Origin: an uncultured Methylophilaceae bacterium
GTDB lineage: Bacteria; Pseudomonadota; Gammaproteobacteria; Burkholderiales; Methylophilaceae
Assembly (NCBI GenBank): GCA_903899965.1
Contig: CAIULB010000030.1
Location: 89,489 to 153,488 of the forward strand
DNA: 64,000 nt
Reading direction: 5' to 3'
Shown: positions 19,764 through 29,053 of the stretch, in pieces
Layout of the letters: every line of letters begins with the position of its first letter
Position numbering within the stretch: position 1 is the stretch's first letter
Made by a program: the position numbers and the translations under genes
The notes under the pieces: model-generated
Seen by the model: the letters and a program-made list of their open reading frames with translations, nothing else
Told to the model about the DNA's origin: nothing
The model's database searches: none

Positions 19764-20633
19764 TTATTTCTTACTAAAAGCGCGATAGGCAATATAAAGC
19801 CAATCTTTTTTGCCTAATTGTGGTCTAAATTCAAATACATTGCCATGCGCTTGGTGTAGTTTTTTTAAGACACGCTCACCGCCAGCAACAATCATGCGCA
19901 TTTCAAAGCCTATGCGGCCAGGCAAAGCCAAGCCGAGTGGCGCGCCAGATTGTAATAACTTGCGCGCACGATTAATCTGAAACTCCATCATTAAGCCCCA
20001 TGTGCCACTTGCATCGCCGCGTATGATTTGTGCCTCACTGACTTTGTATTTCTCTAGATCAGCTTGCGGAAGATAAATGCGATCTTTTTGAATATCGATG
20101 GCAATGTCTTGCAGAAAGTTAATCAGCTGCAAAGCGCTACAAATGGCATCTGCCATGCCAATGTTCCGTGGTGTGTCTGCTTGATATAAGCTCAGCATCA
20201 GTCTGCCCACTGGATTGGCAGAGCGTCTGCAATAATTCATCACATCCCCAAAGTCTTGATAGCGGTTTTTGATGACGTCTTGGCTAAAAGCATCAAGTAA
20301 ATCGTAAAAAGGCTGGATAGGGAGCTGACGTTTGTTGATTGTTGCTTGCAAGGCGATAAATAGCTCAGTGTTTGGTTGGGCATTCTGCTGAATACGGTCA
20401 AGTTCTTGTTTAAAGCCATCTAGCAAGGCGAGCCTTTGCTCTGGCAGCAAATCGCCTTCATCAGCAAAATCATCTGCTTGGCGTGCAAAGGCGTAAATTA
20501 ATGCAACAGGTTCACGCAATCTTTTGGGGAGCAGAATTGAAGCGACAGGGAAGTTTTCGTAATGGGTGTGAGCAAGCTTGAGGCTTGCTTCAATAGGGGC
20601 TTTAGTGTTCATGGTTGGCTTGAAGTATGCCAC
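19764..20633 (-). CDS. hpnC: hydroxysqualene synthase
   Basis: YENFPVAS...YAFARQADDFADE...NFLQDIAID motifs. GTG start at 20633, or ATG at 20612. Confidence 0.88.
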   Translation of the reverse strand: MAYFKPTMNTKAPIEASLKLAHTHYENFPVASILLPKRLREPVALIYAFARQADDFADEGDLLPEQRLALLDGFKQELDRIQQNAQPNTELFIALQATINKRQLPIQPFYDLLDAFSQDVIKNRYQDFGDVMNYCRRSANPVGRLMLSLYQADTPRNIGMADAICSALQLINFLQDIAIDIQKDRIYLPQADLEKYKVSEAQIIRGDASGTWGLMMEFQINRARKLLQSGAPLGLALPGRIGFEMRMIVAGGERVLKKLHQAHGNVFEFRPQLGKKDWLYIAYRAFSKK

Positions 20634-20716
20634 AAAAAGAGGGGCTATAAAATTGATAAATGACCGTAGTGTTTGCGCTACAATTAAAACTATTCTTTTA
20701 TTGAGTTAGGTTGCGT

Positions 20717-21475
20717 ATGTTAGGAATTATTGGCGGCACAGGGTTAGCAGTATTAGCTGACTTGCAAGTAGGACGTCGTCAAATTGTCCGCACTCCTTAT
20801 GGTGAGCCCTCTGGGCCTTTGACCTTTGGTGAAATAGCTGGCAAGTCCGTGGTGTTCTTACCAAGGCATGGCAATGGCCACACCATTGCGCCGCATATGA
20901 TTAACTACCGCGCCAATCTTTGGGCGTTGCATGCGCAAGGCGTTCAAGACATAGTCGCAATTGCAACTGTAGGCGGTATTGCGCCCGAGCTTGGCTCTGG
21001 CACTATTGCAGTACCTAATCAGTTGATTGATTACACGCATAGCCGCAAGAATACTTATTTTGATGGCTTGAGTGAAAATGGGTTTAAGCAAGTAAAACAT
21101 ATCGACTTTACTGTGCCTTACGACCAGTCTTTGCGTGCCTTATGTTTAAAAGCGGCGGCCTCAGTAGGTGAGAAATTAATTGATGGAGGCGTTTATGCTG
21201 CAGCGCAAGGCCCAAGATTGGAAACGGCCGCTGAAATTAATCGTTTTGACCGTGATGGCGCGACGATGGTTGGCATGACGGGTATGCCAGAAGCAGCTTT
21301 GGCGCGTGAGCTTGAAATACGCTATGCGGCGATTTGTCCTGTGGCGAACCATGCTGCTGGGCGTGGCGATAGTGTGCATGAAATTAAATACGAAGAGATG
21401 AGTGATATTCTTCATCTCACGATGGGACGTGTGCGATCCATTATTCAGCAAGTGGTGACTTTATATGGCAATTAA
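20717..21475 (+). CDS. mtnP: S-methyl-5'-thioadenosine/thioinosine phosphorylase (PNP family)
   Basis: MLGIIGGTG...FLPRHG.GH...NYRAN...ATVGGI...GPRLET.AE motifs. I prefer the ATG at 20717 to the TTG at 20711. Confidence 0.85.
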   Translation: MLGIIGGTGLAVLADLQVGRRQIVRTPYGEPSGPLTFGEIAGKSVVFLPRHGNGHTIAPHMINYRANLWALHAQGVQDIVAIATVGGIAPELGSGTIAVPNQLIDYTHSRKNTYFDGLSENGFKQVKHIDFTVPYDQSLRALCLKAAASVGEKLIDGGVYAAAQGPRLETAAEINRFDRDGATMVGMTGMPEAALARELEIRYAAICPVANHAAGRGDSVHEIKYEEMSDILHLTMGRVRSIIQQVVTLYGN

Positions 21476-21998
21476 GCCTGTCTTGCGTATGGGTGAACCT
21501 TTGTTATTTGCAAAGACTGAGCCTGTTGCTCGGTTTGATACCCCTGAGTTACATTCTTTAATTCAAGATATGCACGACACCATGGTGCAGATGAATGGCG
21601 CTGGTATTGCTGCGCCACAAATTGGCGTGAGCTTGCGTGTGGTGATATTTGGCGTAGGTAGTAATCCTCGCTACCCAGATGCCGAGCAAGTCCCTTATAC
21701 GGTGCTAATTAATCCAGAGCTAAGACCAGTGGGTGATGACCTCGAGGACGGCTGGGAAGGGTGCTTGTCTGTGCCGGGTATGCGCGGTGTGGTGCCGCGT
21801 TATACGCGATTACATTACACAGGCTTTGATCAGTTTGGACAGCATATTGATAGACTCGTTAGTGGCTTCCATGCGCGTGTTGTTCAGCATGAATGTGACC
21901 ATTTAGACGGCATTTTGTACCCCATGAGAATTCAAGATCTTACGAATTTTGGTTACACAGACGTACTTTTTCCTGATTCAGATATAGCGGACGACTAA
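21465..21998 (+). CDS. def: peptide deformylase
   Basis: [18 protein letters not shown] and HECDHLDG, the three canonical motifs. Confidence 0.93.
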   Translation: MAIKPVLRMGEPLLFAKTEPVARFDTPELHSLIQDMHDTMVQMNGAGIAAPQIGVSLRVVIFGVGSNPRYPDAEQVPYTVLINPELRPVGDDLEDGWEGCLSVPGMRGVVPRYTRLHYTGFDQFGQHIDRLVSGFHARVVQHECDHLDGILYPMRIQDLTNFGYTDVLFPDSDIADD

Positions 21999-22050
21999 AA
22001 ACTGGTGTTATAATGCGCGCCTTGGTTGCATCTTAGCGACTGATAAAGAC

Positions 22051-22140
22051 GGAAGAGTGGCAGAGCGGTTTAATGCTACAGTCTTGAAAACTGTCGTGGG
22101 TTCACGCCCACCGTGAGTTCGAATCTCACCTCTTCCGCCA
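22051..22140 (+). tRNA. tRNA-Ser (anticodon TGA)
   Basis: Acceptor GGAAGAG/CTCTTCC, anticodon stem ACAGT/ACTGT with loop CTTGAAA, long variable arm, T-loop TTCGAAT, encoded CCA. Confidence 0.95.
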
Positions 22141-22210
22141 AGAATTCTTAAAGCTGCAAATATAATGTTTGCGGCTTTATTTTTGTAACGTTTTATATTT
22201 AGGATCACAA

Positions 22211-22486
22211 ATGAGCCAAATTATTATTGACCACAATCCTTCTCAAGAAAAATTGCAAGAGTTGGGCGTTTCTTCATGGAGCATCTGGGATTGTGCGCCA
22301 TCAAAATTCCCACTTGATTTCGGTATGACTGAAAAAGCATACGTGTTAGAAGGTGAGTTTACAGTAACTCCACAAGGTGGCGAGACTGTAACAATCAAAG
22401 CTGGTGATTATGTTGAGTTCCCAAAAGGTTTGAAAACACAATGGGAAGTAATTAAGCAATTGAAAAAACATTACAAGCACTTCTAA
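22211..22486 (+). CDS. small cupin-domain protein (DUF861-like)
   Basis: 91 aa; WSIWDC..SKFP......E.AYVLEG...VTP.GGE.V.I.AGD.V.FP.G pattern of single-domain cupins. ATG at 22211. Confidence 0.7.
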   Translation: MSQIIIDHNPSQEKLQELGVSSWSIWDCAPSKFPLDFGMTEKAYVLEGEFTVTPQGGETVTIKAGDYVEFPKGLKTQWEVIKQLKKHYKHF

Positions 22487-22507
22487 GAAGTATTCGCTTG
22501 TAGCGTT

Positions 22508-22536
22508 AAAAAAGCCCGAGAGTCTCGGGCTTTTTT
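22508..22536. terminator. bidirectional hairpin terminator between the cupin gene and recR
   Basis: AAAAAGCCCGAG-AGT-CTCGGGCTTTTTT, with A/T tracts on both sides. Confidence 0.8.
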
Positions 22537-22558
22537 ATTCTCTATTGTTTGCTGAACC

Positions 22559-23158
22559 CTATATCACGCCACGGCGTTCCATCATGGCTTGCGCAAGTGT
22601 TCCCGCATCAACGTGTTCAATTTCACCACCCATCGGCATGCCACGTGCAATACGTGTGATTTTTACGCCATGTTTATTGAGTAGCTCACTAACATAGTGT
22701 GCTGTGGCTTCGCCTTCCACCGTATAGTTGGTTGCAAGTATCACTTCTTTTACCAATCCATCTTGTGCGCGCTTGAGTAGTTTTTCTAAATGGATTTCTT
22801 TAGGGCCAATTCCGTCTAATGGCGATAGGCGACCCATGAGCACGAAGTACATGCCTTGGTAAGCATGCGTTTGCTCCATCATCATCATGTCGGTAGGCAT
22901 TTCAACCACGCAAAGCGTGCTGCTATCTCGTGAACCTGAAGCGCACATTGGGCAGGTAGGTTGCTCGCTAAAGGTATTGCAGAGCTGACAGTGGCCAACG
23001 ACTTGTAAGGCTGTATCTAGCGCTGATGCGAGAGTGTTTGCACCTTTTCTATCGCGCTGCAATAGGTGGTAGGCCATGCGTGTAGCGGATTTAGGGCCTA
23101 CGCCAGGTAAGCAGCGTAAGGCCTCAATAAGTTGATCTAAGCTTGCAGGGGTTTGCAC
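22559..23158 (-). CDS. recR: recombination protein RecR
   Basis: [17 protein letters not shown] HhH, C4 zinc finger [16 protein letters not shown], Toprim region. Confidence 0.97.
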   Translation of the reverse strand: MQTPASLDQLIEALRCLPGVGPKSATRMAYHLLQRDRKGANTLASALDTALQVVGHCQLCNTFSEQPTCPMCASGSRDSSTLCVVEMPTDMMMMEQTHAYQGMYFVLMGRLSPLDGIGPKEIHLEKLLKRAQDGLVKEVILATNYTVEGEATAHYVSELLNKHGVKITRIARGMPMGGEIEHVDAGTLAQAMMERRGVI

Positions 23159-23173
23159 GAGGGTTATAGATAT

Positions 23174-23485
23174 CTAAAAAGGCATCTTCATGCCGGCTGG
23201 CATAAGTCCGCTCATGCGGGCTTCTGAAGTCTTTTCTGCTTTACTGACCGCATCTTTAATTGCAATCAGCACTAAGTCCTCTAGTGTTTCTTTGTCGTCC
23301 ATCACGCTGTCATCTATGCTGACGCGTTTTACTTCATTGCGGCAAGTCATGAGCACTTTCACCAATCCATTGCTTGCAACGCCTTCAACTTCTACTGTTG
23401 CGAGTTCAGCTTGTGCGCGTTTCATGTTCTCTTGCATCATTTGGGCTTGTTTCATTAAATTGCCCATGCCGCCTTTATTAAACAT
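23174..23485 (-). CDS. ybaB: nucleoid-associated protein YbaB/EbfC
   Basis: [23 protein letters not shown]; conserved position between dnaX and recR. Confidence 0.93.
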   Translation of the reverse strand: MFNKGGMGNLMKQAQMMQENMKRAQAELATVEVEGVASNGLVKVLMTCRNEVKRVSIDDSVMDDKETLEDLVLIAIKDAVSKAEKTSEARMSGLMPAGMKMPF

Positions 23486-23526
23486 CTTTATTTCCTTTTT
23501 AATTAGTAGCTTGTATTGATATTTGA

Positions 23527-25326
23527 TTAAACTGGTTTAATGCTAGAAGGGATGATGTTTGCCCCAAAGTCTTTCATTAACGCCTGCACAAAATCATCTT
23601 GCTGAATGGCTGATTCAGCTTCAGATTGCACAGCGGCTTTCTCTTCAAAAATCTGCTTTGCTGGCGTGTTGCCTGTGCCGCCTACTTTTAGGCTGAGCTT
23701 AATTTTTCTGCCGAAGTGCTGATTAATTGCTGCGCTGAGTTTCTCTTGGTAATTAGGGTCTAGCAAGTGCTTTTGTAAATCGGGTACTGTTAAGTTGATG
23801 TTGTTTTCATCAAAGCTTTCTAACTCACAGTTTTGCGCCAAAGTCCTCGCTAGGCCTAGCTTTAATGCATCAACTAAACCGCGCCAGTTGCCATTGAATT
23901 GAATGGTGCTTTTTTCAGTGCTTTGTTCTTGAGATAAAGAAGTTTCAATGAAATCTTCACGGCTGAAATTTTGAACATTGCTAGACTCGTCTGAATATGC
24001 ACTGTGTTGTGTTTCTATTGGTGCTTGTATGGCCTCAGTGAGTATTTGTGTAACTTCTGGCTCAGGCGTCATTGTTGGCGCTTGATCTGCTAGCTCTCTT
24101 ACCGCGATAGTCGCCACTTGTGGCGCGACTTCAATCACTTTTAATGCCACGCTTGCTGAAGGTCTTGGTGCTGGGGTTGGGGCCGCATTTGAAGTCTGGT
24201 TTGAAGCAGCGTTGCTTGCTTTGATTGCAGGCGATGCCGTGTCGCTTTGGTTGAAAGCCAACATGCGTAGTAATGACATGGTGAAGCCAGCGTATTCGTC
24301 GGGCGCTAGACCAATGTCACGACGACCAAGTAGAGCGATTTGATAATAAAGCTGCACTTTTTCTGGGCTGAGTTGTTGCGCCAACTCAAGCAAAGCAGGG
24401 CGCTCTGGTAAATCCAATGCAATGCTGTTTGGCACAACTTGTGTCATCGCAACTTGCTGTAAAAGATTGGCGAGGTCACCTAAAGCTGCGTCAAAAGCAA
24501 TGCTGCGCTCTGACATAGCTTTGGCTTGGCTCATTAAAGCTTCACCATCCTTTTGAATGAGTGCTTTTAAGAGCTCGATTAAGTAGCTTTGGTCGATTGA
24601 CCCTAGCATTGCGCGCACTTCTTTTTCCTGCACGCTTTGGCTACCATAAGCAATCGCTTGGTCTAGCAATGAAAGTGCATCACGCATACTGCCTGACGCG
24701 GCCTTGGCAATGAGTTGAAGTGCAGGTACTTCAAAAGGAATGTTTTCGGCTTTTAAAATAGTTTGGCAATGTTCAGTAATTGACGTGCTGGCCATTTGAC
24801 GCAAATTAAACTGTAAACAACGTGATAGCACGGTAACAGGCATTTTTTGCGGGTCAGTTGTTGCCAAGATAAACTTAACGTGTGCTGGAGGTTCCTCCAG
24901 CGTTTTAAGCATGGCGTTAAACGAGCTTCGACTGAGCATGTGCACTTCGTCAATGATATACACCTTAAAACGGCCAGCAGTAGGTGCGTATTGGGCGTTA
25001 TCAAGTAAATCGCGCATATTGTCGACTTGGGTATTCGAAGCCGCATCCACCTCGATTAAATCAATGAACCGACCTTTGTCGATATCTACACATGCAGAAC
25101 AAACTCCGCAGGGGTGTGCGGTGATACCAGTTTCGCAGTTGAGTGATTTAGCGAGAATGCGAGCGATGGTGGTTTTCCCAACACCGCGAGTACCGGTTAG
25201 AAGGTAAGCATGATGCAAACGTTGTTGCTCAAGCGCATTGGTTAAAGCGCGTACTACGTGCTCTTGGCCGATTAATGTTTCAAATGACTTTGGGCGCCAT
25301 TTGCGCGCGAGAACTTGGTAACTCAT
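23527..25326 (-). CDS. dnaX: DNA polymerase III subunit gamma/tau
   Basis: [15 protein letters not shown]...[15 protein letters not shown]...CGVCSAC...SRC box. Confidence 0.96.
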   Translation of the reverse strand: MSYQVLARKWRPKSFETLIGQEHVVRALTNALEQQRLHHAYLLTGTRGVGKTTIARILAKSLNCETGITAHPCGVCSACVDIDKGRFIDLIEVDAASNTQVDNMRDLLDNAQYAPTAGRFKVYIIDEVHMLSRSSFNAMLKTLEEPPAHVKFILATTDPQKMPVTVLSRCLQFNLRQMASTSITEHCQTILKAENIPFEVPALQLIAKAASGSMRDALSLLDQAIAYGSQSVQEKEVRAMLGSIDQSYLIELLKALIQKDGEALMSQAKAMSERSIAFDAALGDLANLLQQVAMTQVVPNSIALDLPERPALLELAQQLSPEKVQLYYQIALLGRRDIGLAPDEYAGFTMSLLRMLAFNQSDTASPAIKASNAASNQTSNAAPTPAPRPSASVALKVIEVAPQVATIAVRELADQAPTMTPEPEVTQILTEAIQAPIETQHSAYSDESSNVQNFSREDFIETSLSQEQSTEKSTIQFNGNWRGLVDALKLGLARTLAQNCELESFDENNINLTVPDLQKHLLDPNYQEKLSAAINQHFGRKIKLSLKVGGTGNTPAKQIFEEKAAVQSEAESAIQQDDFVQALMKDFGANIIPSSIKPV

Positions 25327-25453
25327 CGAATATCTAGCTTAATAAATAAGGCATTAACTTTAGCTTAATTTGTCACAAAATGGCTAAAAAATTACGCTGA
25401 AAACGTCAAATAAAAATAGCTGTTTGATCTGGATGGATTTTTGTAAAACGATA

Positions 25454-25550
25454 GGAGGCGAGCCAAACCCCCGGCACTTGCTTAATAGTTGTGGCTGCTT
25501 CCTTCCGGACCTGACCAGGTTGGCTATCTTACAATGCGGGGAGGCCCGCC
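25454..25550 (-). ncRNA. ffs: signal recognition particle RNA (4.5S RNA)
   Basis: The minus strand reads ...ACCTGGTCAGGTCCGGAAGGAAGCAGCC..., the conserved SRP domain IV. Closing helix GGCGGGCC / GGCTCGCC. Lies just upstream of dnaX in the same orientation. Ends are approximate. Confidence 0.8.
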
Positions 25551-25639
25551 AAACGCTATTTTACATCAAGACGACAATCCGAGGCGAACTGAAAATGAAT
25601 TTATAAGCGGCTATAGTTACGCTATAATCCGCCACCCAC

Positions 25640-25729
25640 GGAGAGATGGATGAGTGGTTTAAGTCACCACCCTGGAAAGGTGGCACAGGGTTATCCCTGT
25701 CGCGAGTTCGAATCTCGCTCTCTCCGCCA
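25640..25729 (+). tRNA. tRNA-Ser (anticodon GGA)
   Basis: Acceptor GGAGAGA/TCTCTCC, anticodon stem CCACC/GGTGG with loop CTGGAAA, long variable arm, T-loop TTCGAAT, encoded CCA. Confidence 0.95.
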
Positions 25730-25736
25730 GGTTTTT

Positions 25737-26192
25737 TTACACAAAACTTCGCATAGAACCGGTTATTACTCCGATAATCGCAATTCTTTCAGCGTCAGCA
25801 AAATTAATTGCTTGGCAGTTGGAGTTAGCTGGTAGTAATTGTTGTTTGCCTAAGTACTTCACGGTAAATTCACCATCCACCTCTGCAAGTACAATATGAC
25901 CAATGCTAGGTTCCAATGAGCGGTCCACAACTACAACGGCACCATCTGTAATCCCTGCATTAAGCATTGAATCCCCTTTAACGCGAACGAAGTAGGTCGC
26001 CATTGGATTTTTTACTAGCATGTCATCTGCGCTAAGTCTTGCTTCGATATGCATGCGGCTGGCAACGCCCGCTGAAGCGACTTGGTTGTAAAGCGGGATG
26101 TACGCACTTTTATTAGATGTGCGTGTGTAGATCTCCGCAACGTTGTTGGTATGTTTGCGGTTGTAGCTGCTAATGAAATTTAATGGATTCAT
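25737..26192 (-). CDS. UmuD-like S24 peptidase (LexA C-terminal-domain fold), stand-alone
   Basis: PLYNQVASAG/VAS (Ala-Gly cleavage-site context), ATYFVRVKGDSM (catalytic Ser) and DGEFTVKYL (catalytic Lys) line up with E. coli UmuD (PLFSDLVQCG..ATYFVKASGDSM..DGEFTVKKL). AAGGG RBS. Confidence 0.8.
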   Translation of the reverse strand: MNPLNFISSYNRKHTNNVAEIYTRTSNKSAYIPLYNQVASAGVASRMHIEARLSADDMLVKNPMATYFVRVKGDSMLNAGITDGAVVVVDRSLEPSIGHIVLAEVDGEFTVKYLGKQQLLPANSNCQAINFADAERIAIIGVITGSMRSFV

Positions 26193-26214
26193 GTTTTACC
26201 CTTCATTGTCTTTG

Positions 26215-26230
26215 TTGTACGTTCGTACAG
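26215..26230 (-). promoter_or_regulatory. LexA-type SOS box (minus strand CTGT-ACGAACGT-ACAA)
   Basis: Matches CTGT-N8-ACAG at 7 of the 8 conserved positions and contains the perfect 14 nt palindrome TGTACGTTCGTACA. Lies 22 nt upstream of the umuD-like ATG. Confidence 0.6.
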
Positions 26231-26238
26231 TTAAGTGA

Positions 26239-26267
26239 ATATTACGGATTTGAATGAGCTTTGTCTA
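26239..26267 (-). promoter_or_regulatory. candidate sigma70 promoter of the umuD-like gene (TAGACA, 17 nt spacer, TAATAT)
   Basis: The minus strand reads TAGACA (26262-26267), a 17 nt spacer, then TAATAT (26239-26244). The LexA box begins about 9 nt downstream of the -10 element. Confidence 0.5.
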
Positions 26268-26392
26268 TTACTTTTGTAATAAAAATTTAAATGAATTGCG
26301 AGAATATGCTGAGGATGCCTTGCTTTATAAGGTTGTGGCCCCATATAGCAATATGGAAAAAGTTTGACGATATGCTGTGTTGATGCGTTTGA

Positions 26393-26474
26393 TACCCAAA
26401 AGAGGACTTGGACCTCCTCACCCGAAGGCACATGGGCCTGAACCATGCGCGTCTTACAATTTCGCCATTTGGGC
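26393..26474 (-). tRNA. tRNA-Leu(CAG)-like gene with atypical D- and T-loops (possible pseudo-tRNA)
   Basis: The minus strand reads GCCCAAA TG GCG AAATTGTAAGA CGC G CATGG TTCAGGC CCATG TGCCTTCGGGTGA GGAGG TCCAAGT CCTCT TTTGGGT A tca. This is a full type-II cloverleaf with anticodon CAG. However, the T-loop is TCC rather than TTC, the D-loop has GT rather than GG, and TCA follows instead of CCA. Confidence 0.6.
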
Positions 26475-26551
26475 TATACTACGAAAAGTAGATTTTAACG
26501 TATCAGAATCAAGAATTAATCAAAGAAGTAATCTAATAGGAACAATAAGCT

Positions 26552-29005
26552 TTGGCTCATAAAAAAACACCGCGAAACTCAAAAAGACACGCGGATCCGC
26601 ACGCTCAACGAGAGTCTGCAAACTACGAAAATCCCTTGCCTAGTCGCGAGTTTATTCTGCAAATGATGGCAGACCAAGGCGTGCCTTTGCACGTTGAAGA
26701 TTTATACGAACTGCTCGAGATTGGTGAGGATGAAAAAGAAATATTTAACCGTCGCCTAAATGCGATGGAGCGGGAAGGACAGATCATGCGTAACCGCAAA
26801 AATGTCCTTTGTATTGCAGAGAAACTGCATTTAATCGCAGGCAAGATTCAAGGCCATGCTGATGGCTTTGGTTTTTTAATCCCTGATAATGGTGGAGATG
26901 ACTTATTTTTGTCTCCTCGTGAAATGGCGCAAGTCATGCACGGTGACCGTGCGATGGTGCGTCAGTCTGGCTTCGATCGCAAAGGCCGTCCAGAGGGCAA
27001 GATTGTTGAGGTGCTTGAGCGCGCGACTAAGAAATTAGTCGGCCGTTTAATTCGTGAGCAAGGCGTGACGTTGGTTGCGGCTGAGGATAAACGTATCAAC
27101 CAAGATATCTTGGTTCCGCCAGGCCAAGATTTACAGGCTAAAGCTGGACAAGTGGTGATGGTTGAGTTGATTGAGCAGCCATCCGCTTATGCTAAGCCGA
27201 TTGGTAAGGTTGTAGAGGTTCTTGGTAATTATGCGGACTCTGGCATGGAAATTGAGATTGCGCTGCGTAAGCATCAATTGCCACACGAGTTTAATCCTGC
27301 CTCGGTAAAGCAAGCGGAGGACTATCCTCGTTTGGTTCAACCACAGGATTACAAAGGACGTATTGATTTGCGTGAGATGCCATTGATTACGATTGATGGT
27401 GAAACTGCGCGTGACTTCGATGATGCGGTATTTTGTGAGCCACAAGGCAAGGGTTGGCGCGTTGTAGTGGCGATTGCTGATGTGAGCTTTTATGTGAAGC
27501 CTGGCGATGCACTAGACAAAGATGCATACGACCGAGGAAATTCTGTTTATTTTCCACGCCGCGTGATTCCAATGTTGCCAGAGGCTTTGTCTAATGGCCT
27601 TTGCTCGCTTAATCCAGATGTTGAGCGTTTGTGTATGGTCTGCGATATGCAGGTGGATGGCACTGGTGTTGTAAAACGATATCAATTCTATCCTTCAGTC
27701 ATGCGCTCAAAAGCCCGCATGACTTACACCAAAGTACATGAAATTTTGACGCAGCCTGATGGTGAGTTGGCAAAAGAATACGCTTGGTTAGTGCCCCATT
27801 TAGAAAACTTAAATAGCTTCTATAAGCTGTCATTGGCTGTGCGTGAAAAGCGCGGCGCCATTGAGTTTGACAGCCAAGAAACGCTGATGGTATTTAACGA
27901 AAATGGCAAGATTGATCGTATTGAGCCCACTTCGCGTAATGATGCCCATCGTTTAATTGAAGAGTGTATGTTGGCGGCAAATGTTTGTGCAGCTGATTTC
28001 TTAAAGACGCATGAGCATCCTGCGCTTTACCGTATTCACGAAGGCCCAACCCCTGAAAAACTAGAAGCTTTGCGCACATTTATGGGTGAATTTGGCTTTG
28101 GTGTGGGTGGCGGTGATACCCCACACGCAAAGGACTACGGTAAGCTCTTGGCACGTATTAAAGGCCGCCCTGATGAGCAGTTGCTGCAAACCGTCTTGCT
28201 ACGCTCTATGCAGCAAGCTGTTTACAGCCCAGATAATGTCGGTCACTTTGGCCTAGCCTATGAGGCTTATGCCCACTTTACGTCGCCCATTCGTCGTTAC
28301 CCAGATTTGATTATTCATCGTGCGATTAAAGCGGTACTTAAAGGTGAGCGTTATCAAGGAGGGGACTTTCATCAATTAGGTCAACATTGCTCAATGACGG
28401 AGCGTCGTGCCGATGATGCAACTCGTGATGTTCAAGCTTGGCTCAAATGCTTCTACATGCAAGATAAGATTGGCGAAGAATACGATGGTACTGTGGCTGG
28501 CGTAACTAGCTTTGGCTTATTTGTAGCGCTAGATGGTGTGTATGTGGAAGGCTTGCTGCATGTCACGGAGTTAGGCAACGACTACTTTAACTTTGATAAA
28601 GCGCGCCATGAAATGGCGGGCGAGCGAACAGGCGTTAAATATCGTTTAGGTGATCGATTGCGCGTGAAGGTAAGTCGCGTAGACTTGGAGACATCGCGTA
28701 TAGACTTTGTTTTAGCCGATACTAATAAACTCACGCCGATTAGCGAGGAAGACTCAATCTTGCCTGAGCGTTACCGTAGCAAAGGTGGCGATAAAAAAGC
28801 TACGTCAAAAGTTGAAGTTAAACAGCCTGAAAGAAAAACCTTAAAGGTATCTGCGCCTTGGGATAAAAACAGCGCGCCAAAGTCTAGTCGTGCTAAAAAG
28901 GCAAATGCTAATAAAAGTCGCAGTCACAAGACTGGTGGCGCTTCATCCAAGCCTAATGCAGGCTCAAAAGCACGCCCTGCAAAGTCAGCACCAAGAAAAA
29001 AGTAA
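26552..29005 (+). CDS. rnr: ribonuclease R
   Basis: 817 aa with an RNB domain (ITIDGETARDFDDAV), S1 domain and Lys-rich tail. TTG at 26552 is the only start upstream of the conserved PLPSREFIL N-terminus. Confidence 0.95.
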   Translation: MAHKKTPRNSKRHADPHAQRESANYENPLPSREFILQMMADQGVPLHVEDLYELLEIGEDEKEIFNRRLNAMEREGQIMRNRKNVLCIAEKLHLIAGKIQGHADGFGFLIPDNGGDDLFLSPREMAQVMHGDRAMVRQSGFDRKGRPEGKIVEVLERATKKLVGRLIREQGVTLVAAEDKRINQDILVPPGQDLQAKAGQVVMVELIEQPSAYAKPIGKVVEVLGNYADSGMEIEIALRKHQLPHEFNPASVKQAEDYPRLVQPQDYKGRIDLREMPLITIDGETARDFDDAVFCEPQGKGWRVVVAIADVSFYVKPGDALDKDAYDRGNSVYFPRRVIPMLPEALSNGLCSLNPDVERLCMVCDMQVDGTGVVKRYQFYPSVMRSKARMTYTKVHEILTQPDGELAKEYAWLVPHLENLNSFYKLSLAVREKRGAIEFDSQETLMVFNENGKIDRIEPTSRNDAHRLIEECMLAANVCAADFLKTHEHPALYRIHEGPTPEKLEALRTFMGEFGFGVGGGDTPHAKDYGKLLARIKGRPDEQLLQTVLLRSMQQAVYSPDNVGHFGLAYEAYAHFTSPIRRYPDLIIHRAIKAVLKGERYQGGDFHQLGQHCSMTERRADDATRDVQAWLKCFYMQDKIGEEYDGTVAGVTSFGLFVALDGVYVEGLLHVTELGNDYFNFDKARHEMAGERTGVKYRLGDRLRVKVSRVDLETSRIDFVLADTNKLTPISEEDSILPERYRSKGGDKKATSKVEVKQPERKTLKVSAPWDKNSAPKSSRAKKANANKSRSHKTGGASSKPNAGSKARPAKSAPRKK

Positions 29006-29053
29006 TCGGCTAAGTTAAGTTAAAAATAATATTAAAAGCAAAGGTTTTAAGTA

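Noticed and set aside
23190-23519. 109 aa plus-strand ORF. The same reasoning applies to many similar track ORFs, e.g. 653-940, 14588-14887, 38028-38429, 48956-49369 and 55293-55763.
   Set aside because: Each lies entirely antisense to, or out of frame within, a confidently identified conserved gene. They have low-complexity or odd composition and no RBS. They are typical shadow ORFs.
23909-23915. A6G run in dnaX (minus strand GAA AAA AGC), considered as a programmed -1 frameshift site producing gamma.
   Set aside because: The heptamer is not in the A AAA AAG register relative to the reading frame. It lies far towards the C-terminus (about residue 470 of 599), and I see no downstream stem-loop. 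There is no support for frameshifting here.
25424-25835. ORFs 25424-25606 and 25650-25835 from the six-frame track.
   Set aside because: They overlap the SRP RNA (minus strand) and tRNA-Ser(GGA) respectively. The RNA genes explain the sequence.
26254-26367. 37-codon ORF (MSFVYYFCNKNLNELREYAEDALLYKVVAPYSNMEKV) divergent from the umuD-like gene, considered as a possible SOS-induced small toxin.
   Set aside because: It has no SD, is not hydrophobic like TisB/DinQ-type peptides, and is too short to evaluate. It is recorded only as something to examine if Ribo-seq data exist.
26231-26562. ORFs 26231-26446 (minus strand) and 26377-26562 (plus strand).
   Set aside because: Both run through the tRNA-Leu-like cloverleaf and AT-rich promoter DNA. 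Neither has an RBS or a recognisable domain.
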